From Paraspadella gotoi (Eukaryota > Animalia > Chaetognatha): a stretch of 64,000 nucleotides of DNA. The stretch spans positions 18,934,628 through 18,998,627 of the forward strand of contig CM119263.1 of assembly GCA_051294375.1 (NCBI GenBank). The letters are read 5' to 3'. Below, piece by piece: positions 56,603 to 64,000 of this stretch. The stretch's first letter is position 1, and the number at the start of each line of letters is the position of its first letter. The translations under genes were made by a program, and so were the position numbers. Below the pieces are notes generated by a model that did not search any database, was not told where the DNA came from, and worked only from the letters and a program-made list of their open reading frames with translations.

Positions 56603-59053
56603 TGTAAGACGCGTTCGTGACATAAACCAAGGACTCTTCATAGCCATATAAAGCTATCATAGAAAACTCTCCTGCTCTCCTTCTCCATCTTCCTCTCTCT
56701 TGCTCAGTGCGTCATCGTCTTCTACTTTCACAGCGCTGATCCCCTAGCGGTCTTCCTCTCAAAGTCCCACAAACCCACGTACCCATTGCTCCATTTCCGC
56801 GCTCTCAAGTTAATTTGTTCCCTTGCTCATTTCCCGTTCAAGAATTTGAGTCGCGCAAAGGACTCGAACCCAGTTTCTCCTTTCTCGTTGATCGCATGCC
56901 GTTTCTAACGCGATCTTTGCACTCTCGGCTTGTTCTTTTGTTCGCCCCCAACCCACTCATACACTCTCTTTGTACTCTCTTTACACTCTCCTCGATATAT
57001 GCCTTGATTCTACTGTTAAGACTTGTCCCCCCCCTCTTCTCTCCTTTTCTCTTCCCTTTCCTCGTTCACTCCCTTCCTCTTTTTTCTCCCATCAATCCTC
57101 TCATCAACTCCTTTCCTCTTTCTTTTTTCCCTTTTTTTTCCCCTTTTTTTCCCTTTTTCTTTTCCTCGCTTTTGTTTCAGTCTCGATCCTTTCCTCTCCG
57201 ACTCCGCCCCCGCGGGAAGGACCTTCCCTTTATCTTCTTCTTCCTCCTTCTTTCCTCCTTTTCTTCCTTTACTCTTCTTCCTCTTCTTCCTCGCCCTCTC
57301 AGCAGTCATCAGAGTCCTCCTCTTCCTCTTCCTCGGCCTCTTCCTCCTCTTTCTCCTCCTTTCTCATTCGTATTCCTCCCCTGTCTCCCTCCCCTCGTTC
57401 TCGTCCTGTCATCTTCCCGGGATATCATCAGTAGAATTGCTTCTGCCTCTGGAAATCTTCCTCCTCTTTCACTTTCCTTACTTTAACCTTCTTCTTTTTT
57501 ACTTTTTTCTTTCTTTCGAGCCTCTTTATCTCTCTCTCTCTCTCNNNNNNNNNNNNNNNNNNNNNNNNNNNNNNNNNNNNNNNNNNNNNNNNNNNNNNNN
57601 NNNNNNNNNNNNNNNNNNNNNNNNNNNNNNNNNNNNNNNNNNNNNNNNNNNNNNNNNNNNNNNNNNNNNNNNNNNNNNNNNNNNNNNNNNNNNNNNNNNN
57701 NNNNNNNNNNNNNNNNNNNNNNNNNNNNNNNNNNNNNNNNNNNGCATTTCTTATGTTCTTCCTACTTTTTCTCGATTTGAATCATTTTCACTTTACATTC
57801 GCTCCTCTTACGCCCCCCTAGTCCCCCCCTGCAAACTCAGGGGCGGCGAATTAGATCCGAGCTTCGAGAATAAAAAAAAAAGTAAAAAGAAAAGTGAAAA
57901 CCAATCAAAACTTCGTCACTCGTAATTCATTGCGTCCGTAGTTGCTTAGAAACGGCGGCAGTCGCGTCTCGTCGTCACTGGTATACTAATCTCCCCACGT
58001 CGCAGATGTTTCCTCTTTTTTTTTCTTCAGTTTTCCCGCAGCTCGATTGAATTAAATTTTTTTTTCTTTTACATATAAACCATTTTAAACATACAACGAG
58101 AAAAAAAATAATGATATTACTACTCGGATGTAACGTTTCATGGAGTGAAAAGAAATGAGAATCGAATTTGATAGAAGAACTGAGTCTCGCGGGAGAAAAG
58201 TGGCTTTTGTTCCTTTCAACTCAATCGTTTCTCTCTCTTTTGTTTCTCTCCTTCATCCTTGACACACTTACCAACTTTCTCTCTCTCTCNNNNNNNNNNN
58301 NNNNNNNNNNNNNNNNNNNNNNNNNNNNNNNNNNNNNNNNNNNNNNNNNNNNNNNNNNNNNNNNNNNNNNNNNNNNNNNNNNNNNNNNNNNNNNNNNNNN
58401 NNNNNNNNNNNNNNNNNNNNNNNNNNNNNNNNNNNNNNNNNNNNNNNNNNNNNNNNNNNNNNNNNNNNNNNNNNNNNNNNNNNNNNNNNNNNNNNNNNNN
58501 NNNNNNNNNNNNNNNNNNNNNNNNNNNNNNNNNNNNNNNNNNNNNNNNNNNNNNNNNNNNNNNNNNNNNNNNNNNNNNNNNNNNNNNNNNNNNNNNNNNN
58601 NNNNNNNNNNNNNNNNNNNNNNNNNNNNNNNNNNNNNNNNNNNNNNNNNNNNNNNNNNNNNNNNNNNNNNNNNNNNNNNNNNNNNNNNNNNNNNNNNNNN
58701 NNNNNNNNNNNNNNNNNNNNNNNNNNNNNNNNNNNNNNNNNNNNNNNNNNNNNNNNNNNNNNNNNNNNNNNNNNNNNNNNNNNNNNNNNNNNNTCTTTGT
58801 CACTGGCATAGCTAATGTGAAGTTGCGAATTAACCTGCCGTTTAAAGAGCTTTGTAAAAGATATAAAAATATAAATTTAAAAGCACATCAATTTTACTGT
58901 AACAAAATCTATTTTAGAAACGAGATTTTGACATTTTATGTCAATCAACGTTCACCAGAGTCATCTCTAAAACGTATCTATATTCTATAATAACAACAAC
59001 AAAATTGAAACGATTTCTCGCTTTTTCTTTTTTCTGCTTTTCTTTCGGGTCTT

Positions 59054-59944
59054 TCACACGTTAAGTCCTTTGAAAACCGAATTATGATACTTTTCTTTGA
59101 GCATTTTTTTCTTGTTTCGCTCTGCTTTGCCCTTTTTCAGTTGCCTTTCTCCTGCTTTACTTCTATTTCCGTCGTTTTCTTTATAAAGAATCTGTTTCTT
59201 CACTTCTGCAGCTGGAATCGAGAACCCGGCGGTGTGTTCGGAGAAATCAACCGAAAGGAAGTCGTCGTTCGCGTGGCTGCTGCTGCTGCCGCTGCTGGTG
59301 ATGATGTTGTTTAGACTTTCTTCATGGGCATCTTCTAGGAGCATAACGCCGTCAACTGACTCTGGGGTTGCGTCGACAGAGCGCGAGGCGGCGTCGGCAG
59401 AGTCGGCAGAGTCGGCCGAGGAGAATACAGAAAAGGGAAAATTTTCAAATTTGGTTCCCGCGTTTCGATCGCAGTCTCTTCCCAAATTTCCTGCGCAATC
59501 GCAGCGAAATAGCAGCACCGTCTTGGCGACGCAGCGACCCATTCGGCAGCAGCCTATCGGGTCGCAGCGACCGAGCGAGGACCGATCATTCTTTCGAGTG
59601 GGCGTTTCTTCATCCAACTGCAATGGCAACCGGACGTCCGAGCCGGACGGTCTCCAATAAGGCCGAACACGAATCTCGCAGTACGCATCTTTGAGAGAAA
59701 AGACAATTTTTGATAAAAAAACAAAAAAACAAATTTAAAATTATCAGTCTTTCATTATAAACAAACCTTCGCTTCCGAAGAAACATCGATGCTCGACCCG
59801 CGCGTCCTTCAAGTTGCACGCTCCCCGGATGTGGGGGTGAGATGATGTGGTTGAACTGATGGATGACGTATGAGAGGGAAGAAGAGAGAAGAGAGGGTGG
59901 GAGAAGGCAGAAGGAACGAGGAAGAGGAGAAAGAGAAGAGACAT
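59054..59944 (-). CDS. Secreted EGF-like domain protein, paralogue 2 (exons 59944-59767 and 59688-59054; 270 aa)
   Basis: ATG plus signal peptide MSLLFLLFLVPSAFS. A 78-bp GT-AG phase-1 intron joins ...RGACNLKDARVEHRCFFGSE|DAYCE (degenerate EGF). A second EGF-like domain, RCDPIGCCRMGRCVAKTVLLFRCDCAGNLGRDCD, is followed by an S/D/A-rich linker and a basic tail. The spliced length of 813 nt keeps frame to the TGA. Confidence 0.75.
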
Positions 59945-60432
59945 GTTTGCCTTGACTGTCTCAAGTTTTTCTTTTTGTCGTTGAACAAAGTCGTTTCCAC
60001 TTTTATTTATACTTATCTGCAAAAAGAAAATGAATGTCACAATGATACAAAATCCCGATTGCTAAGATGTACGAATCTATATGATGGAGACCATTCTCTG
60101 AGGAACATCATCTAAAAGACTTATTGATCGCCGATGCATATTGTTCATTATAAGTAAAACTCTTCTAGTAAGGTCGTAATTAATTTGGTAGTTAATAACA
60201 GTAAACACAGTATACAGTAACAGTATATACATTGTTGGAAACTTGGAATATTAAGAATCGCATCCATCATTACGAATGTAGCAAAAGAAAGACAAGTCAC
60301 TCCATCGTGAGAATCGGCAAAAGAAGGATGAGGTTGACGACGACGAAGAGACTCCACAGATGAGCGCAGATTATCCCCACAAACATCCGCGCCGCCATCC
60401 ACTTCGAACGGCGTCGACGGCGCCGTTCCTGC

Positions 60433-60570
60433 TCAAACGATCCACTTCCTGGCGACGCCGTCGCAATGCGGACCCGAGGCGCCGAGTTGACAGGCGCAGA
60501 AACGAAAAGGCTGCTCGAGGGAGTCGACAACCCTTTCCAAGCACACCCCGCCGTTGCGACAAAAATCCTC
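60433..60570 (-). CDS. EGF-like protein paralogue 1, C-terminal EGF domain (after gap)
   Basis: EDFCRNGGVCLERVVDSLEQPFRFCACQLGASGPHCD fits the EGF Cys pattern. Connection across gap 60571-61063 and the true stop are uncertain. Confidence 0.75.
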   Translation of the reverse strand, partial: EDFCRNGGVCLERVVDSLEQPFRFCACQLGASGPHCDGVARKWIV

Positions 60571-61063
60571 NNNNNNNNNNNNNNNNNNNNNNNNNNNNNN
60601 NNNNNNNNNNNNNNNNNNNNNNNNNNNNNNNNNNNNNNNNNNNNNNNNNNNNNNNNNNNNNNNNNNNNNNNNNNNNNNNNNNNNNNNNNNNNNNNNNNNN
60701 NNNNNNNNNNNNNNNNNNNNNNNNNNNNNNNNNNNNNNNNNNNNNNNNNNNNNNNNNNNNNNNNNNNNNNNNNNNNNNNNNNNNNNNNNNNNNNNNNNNN
60801 NNNNNNNNNNNNNNNNNNNNNNNNNNNNNNNNNNNNNNNNNNNNNNNNNNNNNNNNNNNNNNNNNNNNNNNNNNNNNNNNNNNNNNNNNNNNNNNNNNNN
60901 NNNNNNNNNNNNNNNNNNNNNNNNNNNNNNNNNNNNNNNNNNNNNNNNNNNNNNNNNNNNNNNNNNNNNNNNNNNNNNNNNNNNNNNNNNNNNNNNNNNN
61001 NNNNNNNNNNNNNNNNNNNNNNNNNNNNNNNNNNNNNNNNNNNNNNNNNNNNNNNNNNNNNNN

Positions 61064-61769
61064 GATTGGTTAACTTCAACCTTGAAGAGATGATTGACTG
61101 TGTGAAAAGCCGCTTCCGCCGTCGGAGTCAATTCAGTGAAAGCGTCGGTTCGGGCGCGTGAAGAAGCATTGGTGGAAAAGCCTGTGGCAGCGGTACTAGA
61201 GATGAAAGCTTCAGTGACAGTGTCGGTGAAGCCGACGTCGACAGAAGCGTTGGCAGATGCAATGGTGGAACCTTTGGACAAAGAATCAATGAAGGCATTG
61301 GTGTCGGAGACGGCAGAAACGTTGGCCGAAAGAGCTGATGCATAGGTGGAAGCATTATGAAAAGCGTTGGCTGTGGCGGTGGCGGTGGCGGTAGCGGTGG
61401 CGGTGACGGGGGCGGCGGCGGGGGCGGCCGTGGTCGGAACTTCGACGTCGCTGGACTCAGCAGACGTCATCGGTAAAATCGTCATCCGCTGACACTCTTT
61501 CCCTTCGTATCCTTCGTCGCAGTCGCATCGACGCCGGAACCGATCGACGATGACGCAGACGCCGACTCCGTGGCAGAAAACCCGCGGGCAGAACCGGCTC
61601 CAAATGGGCGGTCGAAAGTGATCGGGCAGAGCGAAGGGATAATGGGTCCGCGGCGGGCTTGGCCGAAGATAATCCATCGACATCGGATTCCAAGGAAGGC
61701 AGGGTCGGCCGAAGCGACAGGGCAGATGGTCGGGCGATGGAGGGACCAAGCCGGGCTGGCAGAAGGGAG
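61064..61769 (-). CDS. EGF-like protein paralogue 1, exon 2 (Pro-rich linker, EGF, Ser/Thr/Ala-rich mucin-like stalk)
   Basis: Acceptor ctctctgccttcccattctccgcag|CT CCC TTC TGC completes EGF2 (C-x8-C). EGF3 reads FCPRVFCHGVGVCVIVDRFRRRCDCDEGYEGKEC. The frame is open to the gap. Confidence 0.85.
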
Positions 61770-62292
61770 CTGCGGAGAATGGGAAGGCAGAGAGGGCGAA
61801 GGGTGGATTTGAGCGAATGAAATCTTTCAGGTGGTGAAGACAAATGAGAAAATATTGTGGAATAAATTCACGTACGATTCGCNNNNNNNNNNAGGGTAAT
61901 TTAAATACGTCCTTGCCAGAAGACGAGTTACTTAAAAAAGAAGGGTGAGTTGGGAAAACTGCGAAGGTTCATCTGAGTCATTCCTTTCTTTCTTTTTATG
62001 TCATCAAATTCATTGAGTGTAAACAGTACATAGGTAAGTAGATATATTATTAAAAATACAGATCTCTTAATGTCAGATAATTTATCACCGTAAGCATCGA
62101 TTTATAAATAATTATTGTTAATTACGTATGTACATTATTAGACATTATTTGATCCGCAATATCTTTTTCAAACGTTATTTTTTCATGTATAACATGAATA
62201 AAACGATTAAAAAAACATGAATAACGTTATTTTTTGTAAATAACATTCCGAAAAGCTAAAAACGCGAATCGATCACGTCAAACGCCAATCAC

Positions 62293-62568
62293 CCGCGAAA
62301 CCGTAAGCGCAGCGGCAAGTCGCTTTTCCGTCAATGACGTGACACGTTCCCCGGAAGTGACACGTGTCCATTCGACACTCCCTTGCCACGCCGCACCTTT
62401 CCCCGCCGAATCCGTCCGGACAGACGCACCGGAAGTGACGAGGCGCCGGAGCGTCGAGACACACGCCCCCGTTGGCGCAGGGATGCGTGGCGCAAGGGTG
62501 CGTGTGAAAGAAGAGAGAGGGAAAGGGAAAGGGAGAGGAGAAAGGAAGGAGGAAGATTAGGAGGAAAT
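62293..62568 (-). CDS. EGF-like protein paralogue 1, exon 1 (signal peptide + two EGF domains; start lies in N gap)
   Basis: xFLLIFLLPFSSPFPFPSLFFHTHPCATHPCANGGVCLDAPAPRHFRCVCPDGFGGERCGVARECRMDTCHFRGTCHVIDGKATCRCAYGFA; donor G|gtgatt at 62292. Confidence 0.85.
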
Positions 62569-64000
62569 NNNNNNNNNNNNNNNNNNNNNNNNNNNNNNNN
62601 NNNNNNNNNNNNNNNNNNNNNNNNNNNNNNNNNNNNNNNNNNNNNNNNNNNNNNNNNNNNNNNNNNNNNNNNNNNNNNNNNNNNNNNNNNNNNNNNNNNN
62701 NNNNNNNNNNNNNNNNNNNNNNNNNNNNNNNNNNNNNNNNNNNNNNNNNNNGAGAGAGAGAGAGAGAGAGAGAGAGTATCCAACGACGGTTTTTAATTTT
62801 GAGTTTAAATTCTGTGAAGTGAAAGATTTGTTAAATGCGATGCGTTATAGAAATTTTTAAATGAAATACGAATACGATTTCTCTAGAAATTTAGTTTCCG
62901 GATATTTTTATTAAAATGTTTTCATAAAATTAACAAACAAACTGGTCAATTTCCAAGACGAGCTGCCAATATCCTTTCCAGAGAAGAAAGTCATCGCCCC
63001 CGAGACATTGATCATGAGGTTCGAAGGTAAACATATTGACTTATTTTCTGGGCTTTAAAAAATAAAAATTGGAGAAGTTTCTCGATTACTATATAAACCA
63101 TTAAAGACGATTTAACTATATACAAAAATTATAATCCAAATTAACCATTAAAAAAGTTTGATACATTTTTAAAAACGCTTTTTTTTGGGGGTCGCGTCCG
63201 AAATTCCGCTTGGAGATAGACAGATCGACGGACCGATGGACTCATGGACTCTGAGCTTAAAACGTTTGGCTTCGAATGGCTTCGTCACCGCGATCAATTC
63301 ATAGGGGTCAATGTCGTCGTCGTTGACGTCGTCGTTCCTGGCCGAATCTCGAACAGTGTTCCAATTAATTTCTGGAGGTCAACTTTCTATGGCTCTCGTC
63401 GTCGTCGTCAGTCATCGTCGTCGTCCTAAGTGGTTGAATCCCGTTCTCTGACCGGTTTTCTTCCCAGAGGCCTCTCTATCGTCTTCGAACATCGTCTTCA
63501 TCGTCGTCTTCGTCGTCGCCATCGTCGTCCACTCTTGGATGCGTCGTCGTCGTTCCCCCATCGTCCATTGTTTCTCCCTTGGTCTTTTGTTCTCGCCAAA
63601 TCTCGTTTTTCCCTTTTCTTCTTCTTTTTCTCCCTGATATTTTATTGCTCGTCTCACCTCTTCTTTGGCGCCGGGGGAGTTTCGCTCAATGGGCGGGAAT
63701 CGATCAACGGCGGGGACGGGTGAATGGCAAGAAAAAAGCTTGACGAATGGCAAATGAATCGATCAATTAATGTTGATAAATGGCACGAGGTTGTCGTTGA
63801 CTGGCAGAGAGTGGAGCTGAGTTGGAAGACGGAAAGGGGGATGAGAGAAAGAGTGAATCTGGGTGAAAGAATTCGTTTTCTTTTCTGAAAGATCCGTCCA
63901 ACTGAGACTCAAAGTTCAAAAGTCACGAGGTTAAATCCGGATATTGTGCTCTTTTTCCCGGGAATGTGGGGAAATCTGTGATACATTCGAAGAGAGAGAG

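Noticed and set aside
56850-56940. B-box GGTTCGAGTCC on the minus strand, possible tRNA
   Set aside because: No A-box and no cloverleaf can be folded.
59232-59660. Plus-strand 142-aa ORF with a hydrophobic stretch
   Set aside because: Antisense shadow of the EGF exon, which has the better domain and splice support.

Overview
Eukaryotic, almost certainly invertebrate metazoan, draft genomic DNA. It is AT-rich but not visibly CpG-depleted, carries (AG)n/(CT)n, (GAC)n and (GAAA)n microsatellites throughout, and contains 13 N gaps. Most ORFs in the track are microsatellite noise. The only well-supported genes are two tandem minus-strand paralogues at 59.0-62.6 kb. Both encode signal-peptide + EGF-like proteins and share a phase-1 intron between Cys5 and Cys6 of an EGF domain. 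Bases 1-27 kb are dominated by duplicated blocks, including one ~1.5 kb segment present in both orientations between inverted (CT)n/(AG)n tracts. Their indel-rich profile and 25-N gaps point largely to uncollapsed haplotypes or long-read gap filling. Mobile DNA includes a 2.9 kb long-TIR transposon (8123-11005), Helentron/DINE-1-like non-autonomous elements, a SINE-like family and a probable decayed Penelope-type hammerhead ribozyme. I found no tRNA, rRNA or CRISPR array and cannot support a genuinely new biological system. The best leads are the EGF paralogue pair and the microsatellite-bounded inversion.
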